Assembly: GCF_036321535.1 (NCBI RefSeq)
Contig: NC_087472.1
Location: 95,358,001-95,422,000 of the forward strand
Direction: 5' to 3'
DNA: 64,000 bases
Source: Camelus dromedarius
Lineage: Eukaryota
The position numbers were made by a program, and so were the translations under genes. Positions 26,356-40,265 of this stretch are shown here, piece by piece (the stretch's first letter is position 1; every line of letters starts with the position of its first letter). A model generated the notes under the pieces. That model was not told the DNA's origin and did no database searches. It saw nothing but the letters and a program-made list of their open reading frames with translations.

Positions 26356-26996
26356 CAGCAATCCCACTCCTTGGCATCTATCTGGAGGGAACTCTAATTC
26401 AAAAAGATACGTTTGCCCCAATGTTCATAGCAGCACTATATATAGTAGCCAAGACATGGAAACAACCTAAATGTCTGTCAACAGATGACTAGATAAAGAA
26501 GCTATGGTATATTTATACAATGGAATACTACTCAGCCATAAAAAGAATAAAATAATGCCATTTGTAGCAACATAGATGGACCTGGAGATCATCATTCTAA
26601 GTGAAGTAAGCCAGAAAGAGAAAGAAAAACATCATATGATATCACTCATGTGTGGCATCTAAAAAAGAAAGAAAGAGAGACACGAAATGAACTCATTTAC
26701 AAAACAGTAACAGACTCACAGACATAGTAAACAATCTTATGGTTACTAGGGGGAAAAGGGGTGAGAAGGGATAAATTGGGAGTTTGAGATTTACAAATAT
26801 TATCTACTATATATAAAACAGATAAAAAACAAATTTCTTCTGTATAGCACAGGGAACTATATTCAAAACTTGTAGTCACCTATAATGAAAAAGAATATGA
26901 AAACAAATATGTTTATGTATGTATATAACTGAAACATTATGCTGTACACCAGAAATTGACACATTGCAACTGACTATACTTCAATAAAAAAAAAAC
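26356..26996 (+). mobile_element. Lineage-specific L1 3' end, inserted into an older L1ME fragment (about 26200-27120)
   Basis: cagcaatcccactcc...caatgttcatagcagcac...tgctgtacaccagaaattgacacattgcaactgactatacttcaat(A)n; same subfamily as 9156-9596. Confidence 0.92.
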
Positions 26997-27199
26997 TAAT
27001 AAGGCAAAATGGAGATTGTTGGATCTACAGTCTAGATGTATGGGATATATAGATGTTAACTGTAGTAGTCTTTCAACTTCTCTGTATATGTGAAAATGCT
27101 GATAAGGAAAATTGGAGGGGAAAATGAAGCTGGAATACATTTAAATTCTTCTATTCCCAAATTCCCTGGCTGTGTATATCTAAATTATATCTCATCAAT

Positions 27200-27895
27200 G
27201 ACCCTCCCAAACTACCTCCCATCTGAACTTCTCCATTTGTACCAACATCACTTCATTACAACTGAGGTTGGACATGCTGGTGTAATCCTTGCTTGATTCC
27301 TCTCTCTCTCCTTCTGGCCTCACAGTCACTAGTCCAAAGCCTACTGAGTCTTCCTTTCAAACGTCTTACATGTCTCACTAGCTTTGCATTCCCACTGGCA
27401 TCGCCTTCAGTCTGTCCCTGGTCTTTTTCAGCATCCCTACTTCCTGACTTAATTTCCATCTCAGCTGGGCTAATGCCAATTTTACTCCCTGTTCACAACT
27501 TGTCAGTGGCTCCATCTCTACCTCTCAAATGTTGTCTCCCACTATTCCTATATATAAGCCCTAGACACCAGACAAATCAGTCCACTCCTCATCACAGCCT
27601 GTGTTTGTGCTTCTGTCAACACAGCTCTCCTACCTGAAGTCATCTTTTCCTCCCCCTGCAATTATTCCAGCTCTATCAGCTGGCGCGTAGTGTGTACTAA
27701 ACCTCTTAATACTGCTCTCTTCATAGACAGACTTCGTCTCATCTCCACCTAAAGCCTTGGCCCTTATTCTACCCAAAGATTTCCTAAGATTGTAACCACC
27801 ATGAGGGCAGAAACCCTGCCTGTCTTGGTCACTACTTTATCTCCAGCAGATAATAAATACAGAGTATTATCTGGGGAATAAATTAATACTGTGTT
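27200..27895 (+). mobile_element. L2 3' fragment
   Basis: Ends aagattgtaaccaccatgagggcagaaaccctgcctgtcttggtcact...tatctccagca, an L2 3' signature. Confidence 0.7.
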
Positions 27896-28005
27896 CCTGC
27901 AAATTTTCATTTAGTTAATTTCACACTTTATGTTGTGACAGTTTCCACAAATGCACATGTAATTCTTCCCCACAAAAAAAAAAAAGGAAATATTTTAAAA
28001 GACCT

Positions 28006-28443
<438 letters not shown>

Positions 28444-28633
28444 GACCCCCACAATGGTTAGGAAAGCCTAGGAAATACAAAGAATAACTAGGGTATGAGA
28501 GGTACTATAGCTTATCTCCCTGAAGAGCAAATTCTTGGGTAACCCAGCCAAAATGCAGACAGATATATAAACATATAAAGAGTTAAAGCATATGGGAAAA
28601 GTCCAATTGTTAGTGCCTTAAAGATAAAGTCCA

Positions 28634-28690
28634 ATGCTGTACACCAGAAATTGACATAACACTGTAAACTGACTAGACTTCAATTTTAAA
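28634..28690 (+). mobile_element. Extremely 5'-truncated L1 tail (about 57 bp)
   Basis: atgctgtacaccagaaattgacataacactgtaaactgactagacttcaat; TSD aaagataaagtcca/aaagataagatcca; TT|AAAG endonuclease-type site. Confidence 0.85.
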
Positions 28691-29229
28691 AAAGATAAGA
28701 TCCAGAGGGTAATATCTGTTGAGGACTATGACAGCAAAGGCTGTTTCCTCACCTTGACCCTCACATCTAACCTCCATCACTGAGCCTCTCAAAGGCCACC
28801 TGTGTCCATTCACCCATGCCTGACCCTGGGACCAATCCCACTATGCAGGGGAGGAGGGGTGCGGACATAAGAGTGCTGACCTGAGGATCCCAGTGACTCA
28901 AAATCAAGATTTTTCCCTGTTGGCCCCACTCCGACTCTTTTTCCCACTTCCCAGAAAACTTGTTCCTGTCTGCTGTCTCTGCTCTCCCAGCTCTTCTTTG
29001 TCTCATCTGGGTCTCAGACATTAAAATGCTCAAAGGAATTCTGCTTAATAGAAGAAAACCAGGCCCAAGGTGTGGAAAGCAAGTTTAATAATCCATCTCA
29101 GTGCCTGCAAGTCCTGGCCCTGAAGATCAAAATCTCAGCAGTTCTTGAACTTGATATTTTGACTAATTAAACATTAATACTCATGGGTCTGTTCTCCTCC
29201 GCCTTCATCATCTGCCATTATCAGATGTG

Positions 29230-29254
29230 TACACACACACACACACACACACAC
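29230..29254. repeat. (CA)n microsatellite
   Basis: About 12 perfect AC units. Confidence 0.92.
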
Positions 29255-30949
29255 AATTTTCAGACCTCATGTTCTGACCTAGACTTAAGCTTCTATCATT
29301 CTATAGCTCTGTCCAAAACAAAACACCAATACCTAGACTTGCCTTCATGGTTAGTAACCTGTTATTAACCACAACTGGATAATTTCGCTCATGGTGATCA
29401 TACTTGTATCACATTCACTTAAATTCCCCTCCTTCCATCACCCTACCTCAAAATGCTTCTACTGTATGACTCTCCCCTTCTGCCTTTTATTGGGAGGAGA
29501 AATGGGAATCATCTTGTTAAACAGAATTTCTACCTTAGTCCTATAAACATAATTCAAAATATTGGCTCTGGGTGAACTTAACGTCATTTATACACAATAA
29601 ACTTCTGCACGCTCCTTTTTGTCCTGACCGCCAGGAGCACCAGTTTAGCTTAAGGAAATGTTTCATCTCCATTCAATTTATGTGTGGGCACTGGGCTGTC
29701 AAAAAACCAACAAAAGCATTACCAAATAAATGGTTTCCTCTAGAGCCTTCACTTTGAGAAACTTGAGAAATAAGCTTTCTCCCATGTATTATAATCTGCT
29801 CATTTCTGGTGCTTGACATTATTTACCTCTTCTGCTTTCTTCAGTAATATTGTTTTAACCTTCTGTGTCCTACCTTTCACGGTGTTCTAATTTGTGAACT
29901 ACATCAAGTAGATGGAGTGTAAATATGAAATTCAGGGTACCACTTTAACTGCTCAAATTAAACTGAAAGGTTATTTTAATTACAGATTCATCACTGCAGC
30001 TAGATTAAGAGACCAAGGTAAAGTTAAATATGGGACGGCAACATCAACCCAAACTACCTATTATGAAAGAACGTGTAGGCCACAAAGAATGTCTGTGTGT
30101 CATGTCACAGTGAAATTGGCTTGGGGGAAATTAATGGTGAATAATTCAGAATAAATGTAGTCAGAAATGTACTTAAAATGTTTCCATAAAATTTCATGTA
30201 TGTCTCAATCATAGTGCCTTCCGTCAACTCCTGGGGTCCTTGAAAAATAACTCAGACCAGCATGAGATAAGATACTTCAGTAGCATATTTTAAAACAAAG
30301 AGTTTGTGTTAGCTTCATTTTAAATTCAGCTAGACAAAAGAAATGGAAAATAAATTCATATAAATCTTGGAAAATTTAAAGAAAAAATAATCGAGCCTCA
30401 ATTCAGTACTAACCATGACACTTTTCTGCAGTCAATAGCATTGGTGATATTTGTATTATGCTTTCAATCCAAAGCCTAAAAATTGTCATGGTCATTAGAA
30501 CCTAGCTATTTCCATAGTGAGTACACTTATAAGCTACCTGAAAGACAGAACTCACACACTGCTTCATGTAAAATATAATTCATAATGGGAGGACGGTGTC
30601 TGCATTCCTTCTCAACCTTTCAAAATATTTACCACCCACTAGGACTCCCAATTTCTTCTTCAGTTTTGATTTCTAGACATTTCAGTGTTTTCAAGTAGGT
30701 GATCTTTAAAAAGGAGAAAAAGCAGACTAGAAGCTAATAGCAATCTGCCTAATATTGCCCTTAAGTCATGTGAAAAGAGGACCAGAACCAAGATCCCAGA
30801 GTTTAGAGCTGCTGGCTTTATCTGAGTTCCTTCTAGAGAACAATGCAGAAAGGGTGGGAAGCCTTTCAAAGTGCACCTCTCTGAGGTGACAGTGTCATGG
30901 GCATGAACAGGCTTGTTTGGAGTCCAAAGGGGTCTTGTGACATGTCAGA

Positions 30950-32640
30950 TTATTAAGTATCCTTTATTTCAAAATTAAATGAGACACATAATAGATTTTT
31001 CTTTATATTTATTGAAGTTGCTTACATTGTCTTGCTGCTTATTGAGATCGTCCATCATATAGTTCCTTGGAGCGTACGGTGCTCAAAGTCATATTACAAA
31101 TGAACAGTAGTCCTCTCGTCCTCCTCCATTTCACAGGACATAGAGACAATCACTTGATAACTGGAGCTGGGTTTTATAAGAAATTAACTCTATAAGCCTA
31201 AATAATATGCTTATTTGGCTATTTCTAGATATTTTCTTCATTTGAGATGTTATTTACTGAGATACCACTACGACAGCTAAGGATTTGGGTGATTCGCACC
31301 CTGCCTCCTCCCAGATGCAATCACAGCAACACTTCTAGAGCATAATTTTGGTTGTACCAATAAGCAGTATTTGCATGACTTTGACTTGTAAATGATTTTC
31401 ACAGCTGAATCACAGACTGCATTACGGTTACGTTTCCTCTCTTGCACAACTTGTTTCTCCTTGGAGTTCATTGTTTTGCTCCTTTTCTTAGTTTCCTATA
31501 TCCTAATTATCAGTTTATCCCCCAGACTCTCCCTTAGCTGTGTAAAACTCCTCTCAAGATGGTCAATCACTTCAGCTATTTATCAGTTTCCTTTACTTGG
31601 ACACATGGTTCTAGAAGCTTCCGACTCTCCCAGTCTGGACTGGATGCTCTCCAGGCATACTGTATGGCTGTGCCCGTTGGCTTCTCTTCAGCTGTCTCGG
31701 GTTAGATCTCAGATATATTCCACTTTCTATGTCTCATCCCTTACACTGTGAAGTCTTGTCTCCCAGCTTTCTGAGAAAGGCTGCATGAGAAGTAAACATT
31801 ACGAGGCCCAGGCTGTCTGAAAGTATCTTTTTAATGGACTCACATTTAATTGACAGTTTGGTGAATTTCAGGTTTACACTGCCTTTCCCTCTGTAGACTT
31901 ACAACAAATAGGTATTGCCAGATACTTCTACAGCAAAGATGGATTTATTCAGGGTCAGCAGAGAATAGCAATTCAGGGTCTGCCAACAGGGTGAGCCACG
32001 TGCAAGTCCCCACATGGCAAAGCAAGGAGGATGCTTTCATAGAGGAAAAGGAAGTTGTTGGGGTGGCTCTAGTGAACAAAGAGTCCGTGGCTTTTCACTG
32101 ACTGAGTCCCTGCCAGGAAAGAAGAGGCGTCTTCCTTCTTTCCACTGAGTTCTGCTATGGTCGCAGGGCATGAGAGTTCCCCTTTCTGGTCCCCCACCTC
32201 TACTGAATTGAGGTTTCTATTTACTAATTGTTTTACACCTCTAAAGTTTGAAGGCATGACTTCTAGCTTCCAGTATTGCTGTTGAAAGCTGAGGACATTA
32301 CGGTTACCGATCCTTTGTAAGTAATTTTTTTTCCTCTCAACATACTTTTAGAAATCTCTCTTTGTCTCTGTGTTCTAAAATGTTCTTTGATGTCAATCTA
32401 ACTTCAACCACTGACTTAGGTAAGCCACTTACTGGAAACTTATGCCCTGAGACTTTTTTTTCAAGTTCCTTAGCTAATGTATACCCTCTCTAGTATCCAT
32501 TCGCTCCTTCAGAACTCTTATTTGGATAATGGACCTTGCAGATTGGATATGAAATTTTCTTATTGCTTTACCTCCCAATTTCCTTCACTTAATCTTTTTG
32601 GCCTGCTTTCCTAAAGATTTCCTCAACTTTAACCTTGGCA
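30950..32640 (-). mobile_element. Ancient L1/HAL1-like fragments interrupted by an LTR
   Basis: T/C-rich antisense L1-like tracts (ctttctgagaaaggctgcatgag...tgtctgaaagtatcttt; tctagcttccagtattgctgttgaaa). Boundaries approximate. Confidence 0.5.
31892..32237 (-). mobile_element. ERV1-class solo LTR
   Basis: TG...CA termini (tgtagac...ttttaca), 4-bp TSD cctc/cctc, minus-strand AATAAA near 31944. Confidence 0.85.
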
Positions 32641-32649
32641 TCCTTTTAT

Positions 32650-34795
32650 TTACATGTCAACAGTTATTGTTTCATTACTATGTGTCAGGCACTATTCTAA
32701 TTGCTGGGGACATGGTAGTTAAACAAACAAGATGCAAAAATCCCTGCCTTGTGGAGCTGACAATCTATTCTTTCTAGATCTTATTACCCTAGACAAATAA
32801 ACAGAATGAGTAAGATGTACAGGATACTAGACAAACAGTGAACAAGATAAAGAAAGTAGCTTATGTTATTTTCCTTCTTTTACATGTAAGGAAATTAAGG
32901 CACAGGGAGATTGAATAGGATGCTAAATTGAAGAATAAAGCAAGAAGATGGCACAAGAACATCGACATATAGATCAATGGAACAGAACAGAGAGCCCAGA
33001 AATAAACTCACACAACTACAGTCAATTAATCTTTGACAAAGGAAGCAAGAATATACAATGGAGAAAAGATGGTCTCTTCAGCAAGTGGTGTTGGGAAAGC
33101 TGGATACCTTCATATAAATCAATGAAATTAAAACACCCCCTCACACCATAAACAAAAATAAACTCAAAATGGCTTAAAGACTTAAAATATAAGACATGAT
33201 ACCATAAAACTCCTAGAAGAGAACATAGGCAAAACATTCTTGGTCATAAAGCACAGTAATATTTTCTTAGTTCAGTCTCCCAAGGCAAAAGAAATAAAAT
33301 AAAAAATAAACAAACAGGACCTAATGAAACTTATAAGCTTTTGCCCAACAAAGGAAACCATGAACAAAATGAAAACACAACCTATGGACTGGGAGAAAAT
33401 ATCCACAAACGATGCAACCAACAAGGGCTTAATTTCTAAAACATACAGACAACTCATGCAACTCAATATCAAAAAAACCAAACAACCCAGTCTAAAAATG
33501 GGCAGAAGACCTAAATAGACACTTCTCCAAAGACGACATATAGATGGCCAACAGGCACATGAAAAGATGCTCCACATCGCTAATTATTAAAGAAATGCAA
33601 ATCGAAACTACCATGGGGTATCACCTCACACCGATCTGAGTGGCCATCATTAAAAAGTTCACAAACAATAAATGCTGGAGAGGGTGTGGGGAAAACAGAA
33701 CCCTCCTACACTGTTGGTAGAAATGTAAATTGGTGCAGCTGCTATGGAAAATAGTCCAGAGGTTCCCTAAAAAACTAAAAATAGAGTTACCATATGATCC
33801 AGCAAGCTGACTCCCAAGCATGTATTCCCAAAAGAGAAAATTCTAATTTGAAAAGCTACATGCACCTCAATGTTCATAGTGACACTATTTATAATAGCCA
33901 AGACATGGAAGCAACCTAAATGTCCATCGACAGATGAATGGATAAAGAAGATGTGAAATACATATGCAATGAAATACTACTCAGCCATAAAAAAGAATTA
34001 AACGCTATCATTTGTAGCAATATGGACGGACCTAGAGATTATCACAGTAAGTGAAGTCAGCATAGAAAGGCAGCTACTGTATGATGTTACTTACATGTGG
34101 AATCAGAAAAAAGAATACAAATCAACTTATAAAACAGAAACAGACTCACTGACATAGAAAACAAGCTTATGGTTACCAAAGGGGAAAGGGGAGGAAGAGG
34201 GATAAATTGAGAGGATGAGAGTAATACATACATACCACTATATATAAAACAGTTAAACAACAAGGATTTACTAGAACTAGCACATAGAAGTAGATTCAAT
34301 ATCTTGTCATAATCTATGATGGAAAATAATCTGAAGCTCTACACCTGAAACTAACACAATATTGTAAATCAAGTAAATTTTTTTACAAAATAAAGACTAA
34401 AGCAAGAAGAAAGGAGAGTAAGGACTGGGGAAAGGTTGTAATTTTAGATCTGTTGGTCTGGAATGGTCTCCTTGAAAAAGTAAAATCTGATTAAATATCT
34501 TAGGAAAGTAAGGGAGTGGGGCTTACAGATCTCTGGGGGAAGGGCATTCCAGGCACAGAAAAGAGAGTCAAAATCATAAAGAAGAAATGGTCCCCATGTT
34601 TGAGGAACAGCACGAAGTCCAGTGTGAATGGAGCGGAATGGGTGAGGGGCAGAAAAGTTTAGAGAGGCAATTCTCCAGCAGGAGAGATGGGTAGATCACC
34701 TAGGACCGTGTCAATCTTCCTAAGAACTTCAATTCTTATTCCCAGTTATATGAGAAGTCACTTTCTCAGGATGAGTCTGGTTGTTCTATTGAGAA
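32650..34795 (-). mobile_element. L2 fragment split by L1
   Basis: ctatgtgtcaggcactattctaattgctgggga...ccctgccttgtggagctgacaatcta; resumes after 34410 with ggggaagggcattccaggcacagaa. Confidence 0.75.
32949..34397 (+). mobile_element. 5'-truncated L1 with disrupted ORF2 C-terminal region and 3' UTR
   Basis: ORFs 32948..33151 ([24 protein letters not shown]...KWCWESW) and 33324..33518 are ORF2 pieces separated by stops/frameshifts; CCHC knuckle near 33672; 13-bp TSD taaagcaagaaga at 32936-32948 and 34398-34410. Confidence 0.96.
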
Positions 34796-35374
34796 TAAAC
34801 TCTTAAATTTCCCTTCTTGGTAATGGTGCACTAGACAATGTAGCAACCCGCAACCCCTGGCTCAGGCCCTCTGTGTTACCTCTCCTGAATAACAAAACTT
34901 CAAATTCCTACCAGGGTGGAAGAGGGGATTTGGGGGGTCTAACTGCTTCTCGAACAGAATTGCATCCAAAGCTCTAATTTTCAACCTCTCCTTCACCCTT
35001 CACTTTCAGAGGTGTCACCATTCCATGAGACCTTTGGGAATCCACAGGTGTGAAGCTGATTTTCAACTTCCCCCCACCCCCACCCCCGTCAGGTAAGGGT
35101 TCCATTCGGCTCTCAGACCTACTAAGTCAGTTAACCAGTCATCCCGCTTTCCAGATGCCACCATGTTGCTGTATTCATCGTCTATGCTAATCTCTTTGTC
35201 CTTGTGGTTTTATCTTATTTTTATGTCTTCACTCTCATTTTATAGGGATTTCAGGGGAACAACAAAAAAAAATGCATGTTCACCCTGCCATTTGAAACAA
35301 AAGTTGAAATATAGCAATTCTGCACTCTAAACAAAGTTCCAAAGAGCCAAAGTAAAGTCTAAGTTCACAGTTAA

Positions 35375-35580
35375 GTATGACGTCTCTGAAGCCAGGATAC
35401 CTGGTTTCAAAAATAGCTCTGGAGGAGTTATTTCATCTCTCTGCCCCTCAGTTTATTTGTAAGATAAAGAAAATAACAAACCTGCCCTAGACATGCTGTG
35501 ATTAGAATACGAGTTAATACATATAAATCAGCTTACTTGCCACATGTTAAGTGCTCAATAAATCTGAGTTATTATTAGCG
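35375..35580 (+). mobile_element. MIR SINE
   Basis: ctctgaagccag...tctctgcccctcagttt...gtaagataaa...aagtgctcaataaat. Confidence 0.75.
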
Positions 35581-37507
35581 CTCTCACTAAATCTCTGTGA
35601 ATGTTCTCATAATAGCCAGGAGGAAAATGGAACATTTTTGCAGTAAGCTTTTGCAAAAATATTTGTTTCATATAAAAAACAATCCACTGAAATATAACCA
35701 ATATATTGGCAATTGCTCTTCTCAATCCTCCTATTTATGTGCTCTTCATTTTTTTTTCTTTTTTCGTTTGTTCCCACTTGCTGGCCACATACCCAGTCTC
35801 AGTATTCTTCTACTAACACAGAAAGTAATTTCTGACTGTTACTTTGGCACTAGTTGGCCTCTCCTATTGGCCTCCTATTCCCACTCACTACAGGTTTCCC
35901 ATCGTATTAGTACCCAGTCTGTTCCTGGGGTCTTCTTTCCCAGCTTTTCCTGGGTCTGTATCAGAACATCAGCAGTAAGTTTTCAGCCCACTTCCTTTCC
36001 TTACAGCTAGCTTTGCACTATTTTTACCTCTTATGCATGCTGGCCATCAAAGGACATGTTTTCCTTTCTTACTAGCAGAAGCCAATAACTAGAAACCATC
36101 CAATTTCTATGTTGGGAAGGAAATAACTTTATATCATCATTTTTCTGACATTTGATAAAGCAAAGGGACTATGAGAGCCCTTCAACTTCTTAAGGTGATT
36201 CCCTGCTATGAGATTTTCTCTCTAGATTTCCATTCCCTGGCTCATGGAGCTGGCTACCCAAGTTCTGGGCTGGCAGCATCACTCCCTAATCTAGCCAGTG
36301 ATGCAGGCAGAAAAAGACATCAAAATCGGTCATAACCTTCCTGATTCATCCAAGTGTTTCAATAAATGAATTTTTATACTCTTCTCCACAGGAGCAAACC
36401 ATTACATGCTGGATTTTATTCTCTAACTACTCGGTCATATTTCCAACTATTCATTTATGTATGTATATATGTATATGGGTGTGTATTTCATTACAAATGT
36501 GTGTGTATTTTAAGATGACTGGAAGGAAAAGTAGTACATACAAAGTTTGTCCTTAAAAATCTGTGGTTTTATATCTATTGTATATCTGAATTTAGCTCTT
36601 GGCTTTGGTCTTCCATGACTAACCAGCTTAAAAACCCCTCCGTCCCTGTATTTTGTTTACCCTTTTATTGGTGGGTGTCCTTAACACATTTTATCCAATT
36701 CTCTGCTTGGGCTTAGTTTGGCAGCAACTAAATTGGATGCCACTGAAAATAACTTTCATTAGAAACTTCAAGGCCTCTTTTTCACAGGTCAGAAGTTGAA
36801 TCCTACTTAGGGCGGAGTGACTTGAGAGAGTGACAGGTCAGAGACTCGGTGGCTTTGCCCTAAGCAGACCTGTTCTTTTGCTTTCGAGCCAGAAAGCACC
36901 AGCATTACTATAAATACTCCTAAGCAGATAAAAACAACATTGAGTGGGCAGTTTTTATTCCTCTTCTCTATTTATATTAGTTTATCCAAATCTATAACCC
37001 CTTGATAGGGGAAAAGGATGTAAAAATGTAGTGTCTCAGTGCATTTACATAAAATCACTTTGTAAACATGAAAAATGCTACATGAATATGAGTAATTATC
37101 TTCAACCAACTGATAGTTTGACAAATAATGTTCTTTAGAGAAACAAAAACAATTGTTAAGTCTAGGCTTATTGGGTTTGGAGAAAGGTAAAAGATGGTTC
37201 ATGAATTTATTTCAACGCTTCAAAAGTCTGGGCCATTGAGAATTGTCCTTTCAGTTCAATGATAAATAACGGAACGTGAAGGGACCTTCTTGTTCGTTAA
37301 GTGCCCAGCATCACTGTTTCTGGTCTAAGTATGAAACCATCCCTCTAGTGATTTGTTCAAACACACTTTGCAAGGGTATCATCATTATGACATAATTAGA
37401 GTACCCCTAAATATATCATGGGATGTGTATAAGACATCTTTTGAAATTAATAAATCAAGTAGGAAGAACTATTAACTGCTCTGTATTAAAAAAATTAACA
37501 TATATGA

Positions 37508-37730
37508 CAGGGTTGTCAAACTAAGGCCCATGGGTAAAAATCTAGCCTGCCATCTGCTTTCTTAAATTAAGTTTTACTGGAACATAGGCATGCTCATTCA
37601 TTTACATATTGTCTAGGGCTGCTGTTGCACTACAACAGCCAAGTTGAATAGTTGCAACAGAAAGTGTACCACCCACAAAACCCGAAATATTTATTTTGTG
37701 GCTCTTTTGAACAAGTCTGCTTGCCCCGTG
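37508..37730 (+). mobile_element. MER58A-like hAT DNA transposon fossil
   Basis: cagggttgtcaaactaaggcccatggg...aagttttactggaaca...ttgaatagttgcaacaga...; matches the 4797 copy. Confidence 0.85.
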
Positions 37731-38271
37731 TATTCCAGGGTCTTAGCATACCTACTAAAACCCCAACCCTGTAAAGCCTTAGTAACGAAAGCTCTTTCAT
37801 AGCATGGACTTTCTATCAGGAATGGAGGAGTTAATTGAGTGAATTAATACTTGATTGCAAAAAAAGCTTTTTTCATTTGATTTATCTTGAGAATACAGAG
37901 TTATTGTTTGTTTGCTTGAGTTTTCTGTTTCTGATCTTTAAGAGAAAGGAGACTAAAGTCTCTGCAGAGGGTGACAGTCATTTTGAAAATAGAATAGCTC
38001 TCTCTTAAGTAGAGAGACCAGCTTTTGTAGGCTGACTCTCATGTCACTAATAGGAGAATAAACTTCAATAATTTTTAATCTAAGTACTATAAATAATAAG
38101 TCTGAGTTTTACAAAACTATCCATATTGTAAGCAAACATGTGGCAAAGATTTCCTTGACAACAGAAAGTAAAAATTCAGTTACTGCCATTTATAGCTATT
38201 GGAGAATTACCACGAGATCTATGATTCCTAAGTATCAGTTTATACATCTTTGATCTAACTTCTCACTGCAT

Positions 38272-39872
38272 ATATCGATCATCTATTGTTGCATAACAAA
38301 TTACTCCCAAATTTTGCCACCGAAAACAGGCATTATTGTCTATGATTACACACGGTTTCTGTGGGTCAGGAATTCCGATGTCTTAGTTGCGTGGTTTGTA
38401 CTTCAAGTCTCTCATCGATTTGTGGTCAGGATGTCAGCTGGGGCTGGAGGACCTGCTTCTAAAGTACAGGCATACCTCATTTTTTTGTACTTTGCTTTAC
38501 TCCACTTCGCAGATACTATGTTTTGTTTGTTTGTTTGTTTTTTAAGCAAACTGAAGGTTTGTAGCAAGCCTGCACTGAGCAAATCTATCGGTGCCATTTT
38601 TCCAACAGCATGTTCTCACTTCACGTCTGTCACTTTTTGGTAATTCTCACAATATTTCAAACTTTTTCACTATTACGATGTTTGTTATGATGATCTGTAA
38701 TCAGTGATCTTTGATGTTACTATTGTCATTGTTTGGGGGCACCACAAACCATGCCCATATAAGATGGCGAACTTAATAAATGTTGTGTGTGTTCTGACTG
38801 CTCCACCAGCCAGCCATTCCCCAGTCTCTCCCTCTCCTTGAGCCTCCCTATTCCCTGATTCACAGCAATATGGAAATTAGGGCAATTAATAACCCTACAA
38901 AGCCCTCTAAGGGTTCAAGTGAAGGGAAGAGTTTATCGATGTGGCAAACTTCATTGCTGTCTTGTTTTAAGAAATTGCCACTCCAACCTTCAGCAACCAC
39001 CACTTTGGTCAGTTATCAGCCACCAACACTGAGGCAACCCCCTCTACCAGCAAAAAGATTACGACTCATTGAAGGCTCAGATGATAGCATTTTTTAGCAG
39101 TAAAGTATTTTTTAATTAAGGTATGTACATTTTTTTAGACATAAGGCTACTGCACACTTAATAGACGACAGTAGAGTGTGAAAATAACTTTCATATGCTC
39201 TAGGACCAAAAAAATTCACATGACTCACCTCACTTTATTGCCACATTCGCTTTATGTGGTGATCTGGAACCAAACCTGCTGTATCTCCAAGGTCTGCCTG
39301 TACTTCACTCACATGCCTGGATTTCACTAACACTCCCTCCGAGACCTGCCAGTTTCCACCCATTGCCTAGCTCCAAAGACAGTCGAGCGCTGCGTTTTTT
39401 GTTACTGGAGCACTCTACTTCCAGATATCAAAATCTCTATTACTTATCTACTGCTGTATAAAAAACTTAGGAGAGTCAAACAATAAACTTGAGTATGTTA
39501 CACAGTTTCTGTGGGTCAGAAATCTGGGTGCAGCTTAGCTCAGTGGTTCTGGTTCAAGGTCTTTCATTAGGATGTGGGTCAGGGCTGCAGTCATCAGAAG
39601 ACTTAACTAGGGCTGGATGATCTGCTTCCCAAGTTCCTCATTCACATGCCTGATTGTTCAAGAATCAATCCTCATGATCTGATGGCTGGCTTCCCCAGAG
39701 CTAGTGATCCAGGAGGAAGGGCAAGGCAGAAGTTAACATTTCTTCTATGACCTGGCCTTAGGAGTCACACTTAGTCATTTCCACAATATTCTCTTGGATA
39801 CACACAGATCAACCTTATTTGGTGTGGAGATGAGGATCCATTAAGGGCCATCTTGGAGGCTAGCCACCACAC
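38272..39872 (-). mobile_element. Collapsed MLT1 MaLR element: LTR, short internal remnant, LTR
   Basis: Two co-oriented MLT1 LTRs (both with tctattg/tctactg...cac[g/a]gtttctgtgggtcag) at about 38272 and 39437; agcactctacttccagatatcaaaatc (39409-39435) resembles the reversed MaLR-int start. Confidence 0.65.
38467..39300 (+). mobile_element. Internally deleted Tigger1 (TcMar) DNA transposon
   Basis: TIRs caggcatacct / aggtctgcctg, TA TSDs at 38465-66 and 39301-02, Tigger1 5' and 3' regions joined near 38933 with most of the transposase deleted. Confidence 0.92.
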
Positions 39873-39923
39873 GATAGTTCTTAGTTCATTTATTCCTTAT
39901 AGTAACCTTAGAGTAATTTAATG

Positions 39924-40265
39924 TAGGTCTGTATCCTTATCCACAAATGCAAAATCCATTAGGCCTTGAAAACAAATGTATTCCTTATAACTTTACTGCC
40001 GGCTAAATGTTACCCACCCTCAACTCACCTGCCAGCAGAACCTGGTCTAAACTGATAAGAGGATAATTATAGTCTCTATTTATCCCATTTGGTGTGAACA
40101 TTTCTACATTTCAGGCATAAATGCTTTTGATTAGGTGGTGCGATCCCAGACTCTCCTGGAGTGTTAGCTAATATAAAATACCTGAACCATACTACTCTTC
40201 TAAACTCTAAAAAACTAGGAAGTCCAAAAGATATCTGGCTCCAATGGTTTGGGATCAAGTTTAAC
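39924..40265 (+). mobile_element. Tigger15a-like DNA transposon fossil
   Basis: aggtctgtatccttatccacaaatgcaaaatcca...atctggctccaatggtttgggatcaag degenerate termini. Recalled consensus. Confidence 0.5.

Noticed and set aside
32948..33900. Protein-coding gene from the clustered ORFs
   Set aside because: Fragments of L1 ORF2 with stops and frameshifts, 5'-truncated and inactive; the minus-strand ORFs are antisense shadows.
38870..39097. Domesticated Tigger transposase
   Set aside because: Only the extreme ends of the transposase region remain, joined by a large internal deletion.
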